Assembly (NCBI GenBank): GCA_951406725.2
Contig: OX597823.1
Coordinates: 69,192,001 to 69,256,000 of the forward strand
DNA from: Octopus vulgaris
Lineage: Eukaryota
Length of the DNA: 64,000 bases
Reading direction: 5' to 3'
Shown here: positions 40,739 through 53,760 of the stretch, one piece after another
Layout of the letters: every line of letters starts with the position of its first letter
How positions within the stretch are numbered: the stretch's first letter is position 1
The notes under the pieces: generated by a model
Databases searched by the model: none
Told to the model about the DNA's origin: nothing
What the model saw: the letters and a program-made list of their open reading frames with translations, nothing else
Position numbers and translations under genes: made by a program

Positions 40739-41113
40739 ATGTGTACTGAAAGTAGGATAGTGAACATTCAACGCTGGAAAGAAAGGTCAAACAGCGTTTC
40801 AACTCTGTGAGTATATATGTTAACTTCATTCGTGTGTATTTTAATGTTTTGACTGTTATTTCTAGCAATATTTTGACATGCCGGTGCCCCCATCCTGCAT
40901 CAATAATGGAAGAGGCATCGAACGCGCTGTTTTCTGATTGGCTGAAAATTCTGAAAATTATCACAATTTGAACACCTGTAGCATTTTGCAAATTTTTTCT
41001 GGAATAAATGAATAACAAATTTGGATTCAGTGTCAAAAATTATATCTATATGATGCATTAAAAAATATTTTTTAAAGATAATCGTAAAGAGTGACGAAAC
41101 CCATTAAGATCCT
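40288..41113. mobile_element. Non-autonomous DNA transposon with ~30-bp imperfect TIRs
   Basis: aggatcttagtggttttcgtaactgtttac vs reverse complement of gtaaagagtgacgaaacccattaagatcct; internal inverted agccaatcagaa/ttctgattggct. Confidence 0.7.
40456..40539. promoter_or_regulatory. Cluster of CCAAT box, RFX X-box-like and NRF1-type motifs
   Basis: agccaatcag 40456, GTTTCCATAGTAAC 40505-40518, TGCGCATGCGCA 40528-40539. Confidence 0.45.
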
Positions 41114-41169
41114 GAATTTAATGATAAAATAGGCTTTGCTTTCTCTCTATTTCGCTCTCTCTCCATATT

Positions 41170-41177
41170 CATATCTA

Positions 41178-41245
<68 letters not shown>

Positions 41246-41295
41246 CGTGTGTATACATATATTTATATTTACATGTGTGTATGAATGTATGCTTG

Positions 41296-41330
<35 letters not shown>

Positions 41331-41449
41331 ATGTATGTATGTATGTATGTATGTATGTATATATATATATATATATATGTATGTATATATATATGTATAT
41401 ATATGTATATATATATATATGTATATACATGTATATATTTATATATATG

Positions 41450-41542
<93 letters not shown>

Positions 41543-41560
41543 ATATATGTATATAGTTAA

Positions 41561-41622
<62 letters not shown>
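41170..41622. repeat. Compound (TG)n/(TA)n/(TATG)n/(GA)n microsatellite; similar tracts at 11596-11777, 18735-18884, 23668-23870, 28090-28250, 51236-51387, 63348-63690
   Basis: Direct reading. Confidence 0.95.
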
Positions 41623-41625
<3 letters not shown>

Positions 41626-42409
41626 TGCGTCTCCTATCCAACACGTTTATTCACCTTTCTATTCTCACTCAGCGCATTTGATGATATATGAATATCATTG
41701 TCATGGCAATTTTGATAATCATCACCTCGTTAATTTACTCACAATAAACCAAGACAACGCTCTACCTGTTATCTTGACCTGTTCGAGACAGCTGTTGCAT
41801 CTTTTTCAAAGCTCGCACTACCGTCGTAAATAGGAAAAGTAAGCCAATCAGATAAGGCAGTCCAGCATACTGCTAAAAATATGAGATGATTACTTCTAGA
41901 ATATTCGTGAACACAATAACGATGAAGTGACAGTAAATATTTTAAATGTTACCATATTTTATTGGATGTGTTTCATTTTTTTCTATTTAAAGCACTTTAT
42001 CAAATCTTTTTATAAAGTTTTTTTTTAGAAGTTTTGTGCAGGTGTTAACGACATTGTCTTGCATTGTTATTACTACTGTGAGACATACGCTTATATTAAG
42101 TTTTTTTTTCTTCTAATATATGTTTAACTCAGATCTGCACGAGAAATAGTAATATAGAAAAATAATTATTTTTTCCTCTTTTAGTCAAGTAAGAAGGCAG
42201 TTTTCAAGAAACTTTACGGGACCCCAAAATTAGTGGAAGAGAGATAGAAAGATATCCATGAGCCGGAGATCTAGCCCGAATGATTGCAATAAAATAGATT
42301 CTCCTTTTGATACAAAATGTACAGGGGTGTCTCCCTCCCTCCTGGCAAAGGCAGGTACTCCCCACCACCGACAATTGCAAACTATAGTTAATTTTATTAA
42401 CTGACAGAT

Positions 42410-43300
42410 TATGAACATATTCTGTGAGCGATGTAGATTACCTAAGATTCAGATTAAACAGAGAATATGTATGCATAACAATGCCCCATTTCGTAAGGTT
42501 CACAGCAGCTCCTATGCAGAACTTACTACTATTTTGAATTTCAATCAGGCGGCTTATACACGACGTCGGTCTGAACACAGTGTCCGCTCAAAGGGCATTC
42601 TGCGAGAGTTCTACTCACGGATGAGAGACCACGGTCTAAGGGCTAATACACCATCCCATTCATAGTAGAGCTGACGAAAGCAGTTTGTTTAATACATCAC
42701 TGAGTGGCAGGTCCGGTTCCATATAATGCAGTGGTGTTTCCTGTATTTGCCTTATCCTTGCGGTTATTCCATACACTGGGTTTAACGGAGCAAGTTCCTC
42801 AGTATATTTGGTTGCGGGTGATGTCGGATTTAAGGCTGCCATTGGAATCGTCCGCTCCAGTCCTACAAGCGATTGCAGTATTGTGTCCCACAAACCTGTT
42901 CTTACAAGAAGTTGCTGTAAGGAGTGGTCGAGTAGGACAACTTAATGGTATTTCTATTGAAAATACTATAATATCTATGTTTCAAGGAAAAGGTCGTATC
43001 GAGAATGTCACCATTACAGAGAAGAGTGGACTGAACGATGTTGCTCAGAGAATCCTCTTCATGTGCATTCCCTTCAGCAGGGTTGTCATGCAAGGTTATA
43101 TTCGAGATTTCGGGCCGGCACCTGAAATCCTCCTCTCAAGCAACTCTCCTACTGCTTCTGGATTTACCGTAGGATGCGGGAAGTTGATTGACCTTTCCTG
43201 CGGCAATCATGATATTCACTGGGCGGGAGGGAAGCGATGGTCCTTTTAAAAGTTCCAGTTCGCAGCTCACCCGCAAGATATTTCCTCGTCTGGAGCCGCC
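42410..43300 (-). mobile_element. Decayed Penelope-like retroelement (RT C-terminal linker to GIY-YIG region)
   Basis: Translates to SNITLHDNP..ILDTTFSLKHRYYSIFNRNTIKLSYSTTP, resembling the PLE linker motif RNI.WFNPP..KIFNRNTIKLSYSC.PN; many stops and frameshifts. Confidence 0.7.
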
Positions 43301-44430
43301 CCGCAACACTTCACAGTTGTATCTCTATTACTCCTGTATTTCTAAAGGGCTAACTTCAGATTATACCCAACACCATTGAAACCTCATTAAACCCAGCGGT
43401 TGCTATTGAAAATTCCTTCATTTGCAGAAAGAATAAATACACTAATCAATATTTTCAAAAGCCTTTTAGTGATGTACATACGATGACTAGACATTCTATG
43501 GACTTGGATGCTTTTTCTGTGTTTCTGATGTGTGTGTGTATGTGTGTGTGTGTGTGCGCGTGTAATTGCTCTTTTAATTTCTCTTCACAATAGCTTTGTT
43601 AAAAGAACACAACACATTAGTCTTGTGTATTTGCATAATATCTCTCAATAGATATTTGTAAATTAATGGTATATTTGAGAGCTCAAGAAATGTGTGAAAC
43701 TAAGATTTTATCAGCATATACGAGCAAAACACAATGAAGAGATATACAGAATTCTCATTAAAAATATAAAAGGAAAAGCGATAAGGAATGATAGCAACAT
43801 AACAGAAAGCGCAAGTATAAAACTTAGAGGCTGTGATGATTATAATAAAATGCAACAGAGGAAAATTTAATTGAAGGATAAACTAAGATACTGAAACCCG
43901 ACGAATAGTATGAACACAACAATCTATTTTTATAGAAAAAATACGGAACCTGAGAATAATTGGCATAGGAAAGTATTGAAACAATTGATAGCGATATCTA
44001 CAAAACAGGTAACGATTCTAGACAGTCAATGCTGGAAATCTGTTAGAAGATAAGCCGAATGGATAATGTTAACTAAAAAGCAAAAAAAAAAAAAAAAAAA
44101 AAGAAAATATTAAACCAACAAGATATTACAATATATACTTACAAAATAATGTTTGTTATTCATTATCATCACCAGCATCTCCATTATCGCCGTCGTAGTC
44201 GTCATCGTCGTCGTCATCATCATCATAACGAGTGACAGAAACAACCGCTGCAATGTTATCATTGGCTGATGCAGATGTGTTTTTTTTTAATTGATTTTAT
44301 CGTTATATCTCATATATTGATTTCCTGCGTTGATACAAAAGCATACATTTATAACGGGTCGATGGGTTAGTGATCGCAATATTTGAATGACGCCTTTCTA
44401 GTATATTACTGGTACTTATTCTAACTATGA

Positions 44431-44663
44431 AAGGCGGCGAGATGGCAGAAACGTTAACACGGCGGGCGAAATGAGTAGCCGTATTTCGTCTGCCGTTACG
44501 TTGGGAGTTCAAATTCCGCCGAGGTCGACTTTGCCTTTCATCCTTTCGGGGTCGATAAATTAAGTACCAGTTACGCACTGGGGTCGATGTAATCGACTTA
44601 ATCTGTTTGTCTGTCTTTGTATGTTGCCTCTGTGTTTAGCCCCTTGTGGGTAGTAAAGAAATA
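44431..44663 (+). mobile_element. SINE family A with 18-bp TSD
   Basis: ggtacttattctaactat at 44411 and 44664. Confidence 0.9.
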
Positions 44664-45388
44664 GGTACTTATTCTAACTATCGTCGATAAATGTAAATGC
44701 AACCTCAAAAAGAGAAAAGAGAGTATCTCTCTTCCTTTTTTGCAAACCCCTTTGTTCACCTATTCCTCACAAATATGTTCTAAAATATATCAATACAAGC
44801 GCTATTGGGTGCAGAAGTGCGAGAAAGTCAACTCGAATGAAACCGCCACATCACAAAGTTGAGGTTTTCATTCACCTAGTCGACTTTTTTTTAGCTGTGT
44901 CCTAGGTTCATGCAACGTTCTGAGCTACGACCCCCAACGTTTTTAGTCTACAATTACGTTTCATTCTTCTGATGCAGTCAACAAATTTATTTGTGTAAAA
45001 TCATCGGTCTTGTGTGTTTGCATAACATTTCAATATTTCCTAACAGACGTCTGACATACATACATACATACATACATATGCTTGTGCATGTATGTACATA
45101 TGTTTATATGTGTGTGTGCGCGCACGCATACACTCAGACACACTCACGCAGAAACGTACACATATTTTTAACGGTTAATTAAATTGTGGCTTTACGCCAA
45201 ATTTAGATATTGATATACACCAACGTTAAGCATATATATTATTAGCAAGAAGGAGAGGGTTTGCCAAAAGCAATACAGCAATGGTTGTCGTACATGATTG
45301 TTATTTACTCAATATCGTGAGTTCAAATCACTTTGGAGTCAAATCTGACTTCCTTTTCTGTTGAGCAAATATAATAGCTAAAAATTAC

Positions 45389-45530
45389 GAACGGTGCTTC
45401 ATTAAGCAGGCAATATATTCTGTGCAGATCTATAGAATTGTTTCGATATAAATCAATATTGTTCACTAGGAATTTTGGCGTAAATCCTTCAATTTGGGGA
45501 ATAAGCAAACCAAGAAAAGGCAACAGAGTA
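45389..45530 (-). CDS. Candidate further-upstream exon (TLLPFLGLLIPQIEGFTPKFLVNNIDLYRNNSIDLHRIYCLLNEAPF)
   Basis: Non-repetitive open frame; donor gtaatt phase 0 fits the acceptor at 39538; acceptor ttcttaaaag is weak; the + strand shadow frame is also open. Confidence 0.38.
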
Positions 45531-45760
45531 CTTTTAAGAACAATTGCAACGTATTCAGTTCCGATCAACTCGATGGTCTTCCTTTACGTTTTGGCGGCCT
45601 GTTGCAACTGACCGATGAGTTATATATGATGTAAGCATTTAATGAGAAATTTGTATCTTTGCTAATGCAAACAACTCTTCACCGTTGAAGGAATATTATA
45701 TGTTGGCTTGTCTATTGAGAGAAAAACAGTAAACACTTGGAAATTAATAATTCTGCGTCC

Positions 45761-45832
<72 letters not shown>

Positions 45833-47215
45833 TTAGCTAAACGGAATGAGCTAGGATAATGTGTAAAGAAGAAAGGAGAAAACTGAAGTTTTGATGAACG
45901 TACTTGCTCAAGACGTCAGATTTCATCTTATCCACACGGCATACAGATCTTTGTGAACTTAGTTTTAAATCTTCTATTGATAAATTGGGACATTCTCACT
46001 TCGTATTAGCACTTACAATTAGCAAAGTGTTTCTGTCTACTATTACCTCTTTAACAAATACAGAGTAGTGACTCTGAAAGCTACTTCGAATGCTACGGCG
46101 CATACACACACATGCATAAAACATTTCATGCTCTAGACGAAGGTATTTTTTATATTAATATTTCAAAACTTAAGCAGAATATTTTGTAATTTCGCATTAG
46201 TTTTCCACCTTTGATTCATGACATTAACTTGAAGCGCAGAATGTTAAAATGAAAATTAGATTTTCCCCAATGTCATTTTTCAAATATTTGCATTATTCGT
46301 TTTCAATTTGAAAACTATTTCATATTTTACCCATTATTTATATCAATTTGATGTAAGTATGTATTCATAAATAAGATTGTTCAAGAGAAGAGGGTATTTT
46401 AGGTTAATGTTAGAGGATAGTTGTCAATCTTGAATGACCTTCAAACACCTTGTAGGTAGATGTCACCCATCTGGTATTTATATAATAAAATTAAGCGTCT
46501 CTCTAAAGCTAATAAACCATTAAAGACTGAGGAAGGAAAAGCATATAACACTCCCAATATATAAGAAGCACAAAATCTCGTAATGGTAGGAAACAAATGG
46601 TGAAAATTATGGATAATGAATGGTTAAATGTATCCGTATTTTAAATCTCTATGAATTGGTGTAACCTTGGAAATAAATTGCACCTCCAGCCTTGGTAACC
46701 TTATTAAGTTCAACATTCACTTATGTTGACTCTATATCTTTAACCCACGTATTTCATTTGGTAAAAATATCAGTCATTTTGTCATGCAATAAAACAGTTT
46801 TAACTCGATATAATGAGAAGGGCGGTTTGCAGGTAATCGACCAGCAGGAATTAGCAACCAAATTCTTATCAATTCACATCATATTATATTTAAAATGAAG
46901 GACACACTGTACGCATGATATATCTGATGATCGCAACAAGTCAGGCAAACATCTACTTCCTTATAAGTAGGGTCAATCAAGGCCGATAATATAGCACTAA
47001 AACAATATCAAAAACATTCCTTTTAGATGTCTCGAAGAATTTTAAATAAACCATATTAGCATAATAAGTCTTGCTTTACGAAAGTTAAATTTTATCAACA
47101 ACGGGCAAATTGTACATTATAAAAAGTCTTATTTGTAGTAGCGAAACTGATACACATACATACATACATGCATGCATGCATACATACATAATACATACAT
47201 TCATACATACATACA

Positions 47216-47318
<103 letters not shown>

Positions 47319-47354
47319 TTATGTATCTCTCTCTCTGTATATATATATATATAT

Positions 47355-47938
47355 GAGACCAAAAGTGTACATACGCCGCTATATTTATCATCACTTTCCC
47401 CCTCCTTTACCTCACTCTGTCCCTTTCCTTTTTTCTCTCCTTCTCGTCCCTCCTTAATTCTTCAATCCATATACCCCTACCTTTCTCCTCTCCTTCCACG
47501 TGAGCGGTGTTCGGCCATGCCTGACCTTTCTTGTTTCGAGCACCCTCCGTGTAGCATCTCTTATATACCCTCCCATGACCTTCATCCTCTATATTCCTGC
47601 CGTAAGGCTTCGCTTCCATACACGCCAGCTTAACTTAATTTACTTCGTCCTTGATCGAAAGACACCTGTTTTTAATATCCTGTTGTTTGTATTTGTAATT
47701 GTGTACCATTTCTCTGTTGTTTCTTTTCGTCCTTGTTTTCGTAAACATTCGCTTGCTTTCTTTCAATGAATCTAGTCTCTTAGTAACCGGCTGAAACTGC
47801 AAAGACGATCTGGAACTAGACTGAAGATTGCGAGCCCCGAATGACCCGTCCTTGTTTTCTTCTTTCCTTTTTTGTATCGTCTAACTGTCCGAATGTTTTC
47901 TTGTCGCTTGTTACGGTCCTGTCCCATTTTTTGTTTTG
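47355..47938. mobile_element. (TA)n-flanked repeat family D; related to 22757-23665
   Basis: Shared aaagacacctgtt and gacccgtccttgttttct blocks. Confidence 0.7.
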
Positions 47939-49559
47939 TATATATATATACATACACATCTATGCACGTACATATATATATATATACACAGACACACCTA
48001 TACATATATATTACTATGAGACATATACGGTTGATGAAAAATGTGACTTTTATAAGCCAAGTCTTGTAATAACAATGACGTTTTCATTTTGATGTCGTAA
48101 ATAAATTTTAAGAATGTCATACAGGATTCTTCTTTTATCTTCAGGGTTTAGTCTGAATCAAAAATTGAATCCTTTTGAAATGCTGTTGCTTTGATTCCGT
48201 ATCAGTCCTAATGAAATGTACTTGTGGGTCTAACTCCTGGTGGTCATTCACTACTTCAGATCCATATCAGCAGTGGCAGAATGTACTTAACGTTTGTGGT
48301 TCTTATGTCTAAATTGCCACCCACAAATATACCAGGCCTACATTGTGCTCTTACTGTTTTAAGATGATATGATATGATAATGTATTTTATTGTCAGTGTT
48401 TTGTTCACAAACTGTTTTCTGTCGACACACACGTAACATTCTTTGAAAAGAAATACACATTTTGAATAAGGGTAATTTTCATTTACACTTCAAAACTCAT
48501 GCATAAAATTTCATAATTTTATAACATTGTTTTTTCACCCATAGATCATGTTATTATCTTGAAACACGGAATCTTAAAATGAAAATTGGATTTTCACCAT
48601 TTTCACTCTGAAGATTTTCATATCATTCATTTTAATTTGAAAATTGTTTTATATTTTGTCAATTATTTGATTTAACTATGAATTGTATGTATGACTATAT
48701 AAGACTGATATAAGTACGAATTCATATTAAGTATGAATTCTAATTTACCACCATCAAAATCACTTTTCTTTTTTCAGAATAAAACTAATTTTCTTTTTAA
48801 AAAATCGATTAGGATAAGTAAATCACGAAATTTAATTCTTAGTGTGCAAGTTTGGTGGTGATGGAATGCATGTATGCATATATACATATACACACACACA
48901 CAAACACACACAATCATACACACACATACATACATATACGTCTCTACACAAACACGCTGTTATATGTGTGTGAGTGTGCGTGTGTGTGTATTGGTAAATT
49001 TCCATTATAGTAATGAAATTCTGCAGATATATTGACGAAATGTCATGTCTATTGAGCCAAAGAATCAAAAGGAGAATATACGTAGAATTTATTCTTCAAA
49101 ATTTTTATTCATTTCTGAAACTTTTCCCATCTCTAATATCCACGACTACACTTTGAATATAAACAAGTAACACTTTATTTAGTAGATGACTGTGTGGAAA
49201 ATGGTTAGAGGGAAAGAACGCTTGAGTACAATCAGTGATAGATCATTGGTGATGAGGGTGATCTTGGATCTCTGCAGGCTTTGTTGCTGTTGTTCTTGTT
49301 ATCTTCATTCTTTCTAGTTTTGATAATCGTCTGGATTATTTCTGTCATACCTCAGGTCCTTCCTCAAAACGTGCGCTCTTCCGAGTATGTCTGCCAACTG
49401 TACTTCCAGAGATGTCTAGTAGTTCCAACATCTCATACTACGCGTTTGTGCTCTTTCAGATGAGGAACTTATATGATCCTGTTTTGGTGTTCGTCACCGT
49501 CACGTGAAACACGGCAGCCAATGCTAATTGGTCGGTAATCAAAACAGTACTTCTATGCA

Positions 49560-49770
49560 TGTCCGGCCTCTGACCTCCTCAATGCTTTTACATTGTGAGC
49601 CATGAATGTAAATCACACAACTAGTTGAACAATAGAAGCTAAGAGATCAGTTTAAGCACTCGCTGAAACAGTGCAAAACATCCCTTAACAGGCACGAAGA
49701 TCTGACAAAAAATCGCATTGGCCAATTACTACACGAACAAGAATAGAGGAAAACTTATCTGCATTGCCAT
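49560..49770 (-). pseudogene. Possible highly decayed GIY-YIG endonuclease fragment
   Basis: SFYCSTSCVIYIHGSQCKSI..GQ resembles the F.C.S.NVIY.I.C..C...YIGQT pattern. Confidence 0.3.
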
Positions 49771-50099
49771 AAACCAGTAACGACTAGCGAGAGGGTCATC
49801 GTTGGCAACGGTAGACAATTTGGTTGCGTGTGTGTGTGTGTCTACGCATGAGTGTGCGTACGTGCGTGTGTGCGTGCGTGCATGTGTGTGTGTGTGTGTG
49901 TGTGTGAATATTTCTGAAACTAGCTATTTTAGAATAGTTTCATTATCATGACATTCAGCAGACAGGAAATAAATTCCCATCACTCGACGACAGTAAATTT
50001 GCTCAGTATATATGGAACCTATTACCCTTTTGTAGGGAATTTAACTGAACTTGCATAAAACTATTTTGATAGGAAAATATACAAGGGAATATTCTTTCT

Positions 50100-50282
50100 T
50101 TTTCATTTGACTGCGGCCATGCTGGATCACCGCCTTTAGTCAAGCAAATCGACCCCGGGACTTATTCTTTGTAAACCCAGTACTTATTCTATCGGTCTCT
50201 TTTGCCGAACCGCTAAGTAACGGGGACCTAAACACACCAGCATCGGTTGTCAAGCAATGCTGGGGGGACAAACACAGACACA

Positions 50283-50334
<52 letters not shown>

Positions 50335-50500
50335 CATATATACGACAGGCTTCTTTCAGTTTCCGTCTACCAAATCCACTCACAAGGCATTGGTCGGCCC
50401 GAGGCTATAGCAGAAGACACCTGCCCAAGGTGCCACGCAGTGAGACCGAACCCGGAACCATGTGGTTGGTTAGCAAGCTACTTACCACACAGCCATTCCT
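50100..50500 (-). mobile_element. SINE family B
   Basis: Near full-length reverse copy. Confidence 0.9.
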
Positions 50501-51332
50501 GTACAGTAAACCTAAAGCCTTTCAGTTGGTAGTGTAAGACAACGTTGACTACGACATGGCCATATCATTTCCAAAGTGTTTAGACTAGTGTGAACCTAAC
50601 AAGACTATAAGTTAATCTAGTCGGATATGTAGTGTGTATGAGTGTTAGTGAGTAAAATAACTGTGATATTCACTGTTCAACTTAAATTATTTATAGGGAG
50701 ATGGATAGAACCATTGTGCGTTTTTGTAAATACGACAATACATGAACTGATAAAATGTAGACTTTGTAGTCCAAAGCCATTATCTCCTACCACCGTCACA
50801 ATCACCACCTCATCCAACTACCCAAAATTAATAACATCTTCACCCCATCACAACGGCTAAGACCATGACCATCACCAATTCCATATACTATCACCATCAA
50901 TACTATGAAGACCAACACTGCTACCACCGTAAGTGTAGTCATTGTCATCTTTGACTTTTAATGTCAGTAGGATTATCCCCGAAACTTCTATATTATGATA
51001 AAGCATTCCAAGTTACTTTTCGTATTTTACGACAAAAATAATAACACCAGTCACATTTTTGTTTGCACCTTATATATGTATATATAGGCTCAGGCAAGGG
51101 CGTGCGGGAAGAAGTTTTTTTTCCAACCACATGGTTCCGTGTTCAGTCTCATTGCATGGAACTTTGTGCAATTATCTTCTAATATAGCTTCGGGACAATC
51201 AAAGACTTGCAACGGAAACTGACAGAAGCCATTCCATACATACATACATACATACATACATACATACATACATACATACATACATACATACATACATACA
51301 CACATACATACATACATACATACATACATACA

Positions 51333-51368
<36 letters not shown>

Positions 51369-51399
51369 TAATGTATATATATATATATTTAATCATATC

Positions 51400-51754
51400 A
51401 AAGGGAAATGGAAATTAATAGAAATTTTCACCTCCAGTGGCCTAGCGTGTAAAAATTAGTCCAAAGACTATGTATTACTCATAAAATACAGTGTACATTT
51501 AAACACATAAGGAATCCACTCATGGGATTCAACACGCTAGAAAGAACAGCTAGGTTCTATAACCACAAAATTGGGGATAAAATTCGACTGGAACGAAATG
51601 AAAAAATAAAAGCATTTTACTATCTAATTTCCTGGACCAATTGGTTTCGAATTTTATCCCTAATTTTGTGGTTATAGAACCTAGGTGTCCTTTCGAGCGT
51701 GTTGAATTCCATGAGTGGATTCCTTGTGTTTAAATGTACACTGTATTCTCCTAG
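51400..51754. mobile_element. Fold-back element with hammerhead remnant
   Basis: Inverted arms 51485-51587 / 51647-51747, next to (TACA)n/(TA)n. Confidence 0.6.
51632..51754 (-). ncRNA. Degenerate hammerhead
   Basis: CT-AGGA-GAAT..ATTC-GAAA-CCAATTGG-TC-CAG; palindromic stem III intact, 5' core damaged. Confidence 0.4.
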
Positions 51755-52474
51755 ATCGGGTGGTGCGTTATGCCTTTGAGCAAAACACTTCATCTCACGT
51801 TACACTGCCATCACTTCGACACTTAACGTCTGGTACACAGTGTAGTGGTGTTGAGACAACGTCGATTTGACGGAGAGAGTAAGATGATGTGCAGCACGAA
51901 CATTTGATCATTATAAACTAATCAGTTGTGCTGATCCTTCGACAAAAGCTGAACGGTCATACGTCGTCTTCGACAGGAGAGTCCTTCATGTGTACTTATA
52001 CATCATATAATAAAACAACACTGAGTTAGCTGATACGCTCCGTACACTTAACACGTAAAGCTACAAAAATGTAATGGTATATCATATACTGACGAGATTC
52101 GACTTTATGTACATATACACGCGCGCACACACACACTCCACGTACATGCACACATATACATGCATACATGCATACATGCATACATGCATATCTTTTATCT
52201 TTTGTCTTCTGCTTGATTTAGTCACTGGACTGCGGTCAAGCAAGGACACCATCATGAAGGGTTTTTGTCGAATACTACAGGACTTTGTTTACGAAAGTCT
52301 GGTGCTTATTTTATCGGGTTCTTTTGCTGAACAACTAAGTTATAGGCACATAAAAAAAACCAACACCGGTTGTCATGTGGTGCTGAAGTCCTAATATACA
52401 GGAACGTGTTTGTACACACATATATTTCATATCCGGAGCGCTGCTTCGTGTGCCTCCAGTTATCACACTCACAT

Positions 52475-52520
<46 letters not shown>

Positions 52521-52615
52521 ACACTCACACACACATTCACACACACACACACGCACACACATATCTGTGTGTGTGTGAGTTCGCTAGTGTGTGCCTGTGC
52601 ATCTCTTTATCTTGG

Positions 52616-52932
52616 TGGTACTACTAGCGAACAGTGGTCCCGGTGCGCGCACACGCGCAGTCGCACATTTGCGCAAGCGAGTCGTGACTAGTCGATCCTA
52701 CAACGACCACCTAGCAAGGTAAATAAAACACAAAATAAATAATTTTTTTACACAAAGTAAATAATTTTTGTTAAACAAAGTAAATAAAACACAAAAGCAC
52801 AAAGTAAATCATTTTTAAACAAAGTAAATAACACACAAAAACACATAGCAAGGATCGACTAGTCACGACTAGCTAGCGCGGATGCGTGACTGCGCGTGTG
52901 CGCGTACCGGGACCACTGTTCGCTACTAGTAC
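52616..52932. mobile_element. MITE with ~80-bp GC-rich TIRs and 9-bp flanking direct repeat
   Basis: TIRs 52618-52699 / 52851-52932; ttatcttgg at 52607-52615 and 52933-52941; AT-rich spacer of caaagtaaat repeats. Confidence 0.8.
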
Positions 52933-53252
52933 TTATCTTGGCATCACGTATTGTTAACAAAAATCACCATCTTCTTGCAATCAGCGTATTATGTCTGCAA
53001 TCTTTTATGAAAAGGTACAGACTCGGGAGAAAATCATCTTGTTTGGAGACAGGTGAGACTTGACACCCGAAGAGCATCCGACCGCAGAAAATCATCTATT
53101 TCACATAATTTGTCTTAAGCCATGCAATCAAGTAAATGTAAACATTAATACGATCCAACGGACTCGGCGCCTTTCGTGAACATTTTCGCCCAGAGAGACA
53201 CCTGCAAACAAGTTTGGTTACATAAAAATAAAAAAAAACCTATCACCTATAT

Positions 53253-53760
53253 AGGCGTAAGTGTGGGTGTGTGGTAAGTAGCTTGCTTACCAACCACATG
53301 GTTCTGGGTTCAGTCCCACTGCGTGGCACCTTGGGCAAGTGTCTTCTACTATAGCTTCAGGCCGATCAAAGCCTTGTGAGATGAAAGTCAGTCAACCATA
53401 ACAGAATTTGATCTCAAAACGTAAAGATGGACGAAATACTGCTAAGCATTTTGGTAGACAGAAACTGAAAGAAGCCCGTCGTATATATGAACACACACAT
53501 ATATATATATATGTATATGTATATATATATGTATGTATGTGAGTGTATATGTTTGTGTGTCTGTGTTTGTCTCTCCAACATCGCTTGACAACCGATGCTG
53601 GTGTGTTTACGTCCCCGTAACTTAGCTATTCTGCAAAACAGACCGATAGAATAAGTACTAGGCTTACAAAGAATAAGTCCTGGGGTCGATTTGCTCGACA
53701 AAAGGTGGTGCTCCAGCATGGCTGCAGTCAAATGACTGAAACAAGTAAAAGAGTAAAGAG
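53253..53760 (+). mobile_element. SINE family B containing a ~70-bp inverted family A fragment (53380-53452)
   Basis: Family B body resumes after gatgaaag..gacgaaatactgctaagcat. Confidence 0.85.

Noticed and set aside
42704-43249. 181-aa + strand ORF as a host gene
   Set aside because: Lies antisense to the Penelope-like relic; no recognisable motif or splice context
45885-45923. TTGATGAACG..GCTCAAGACGTC as a hammerhead
   Set aside because: Several core mismatches; suggestive next to (TA)n but not supportable on its own
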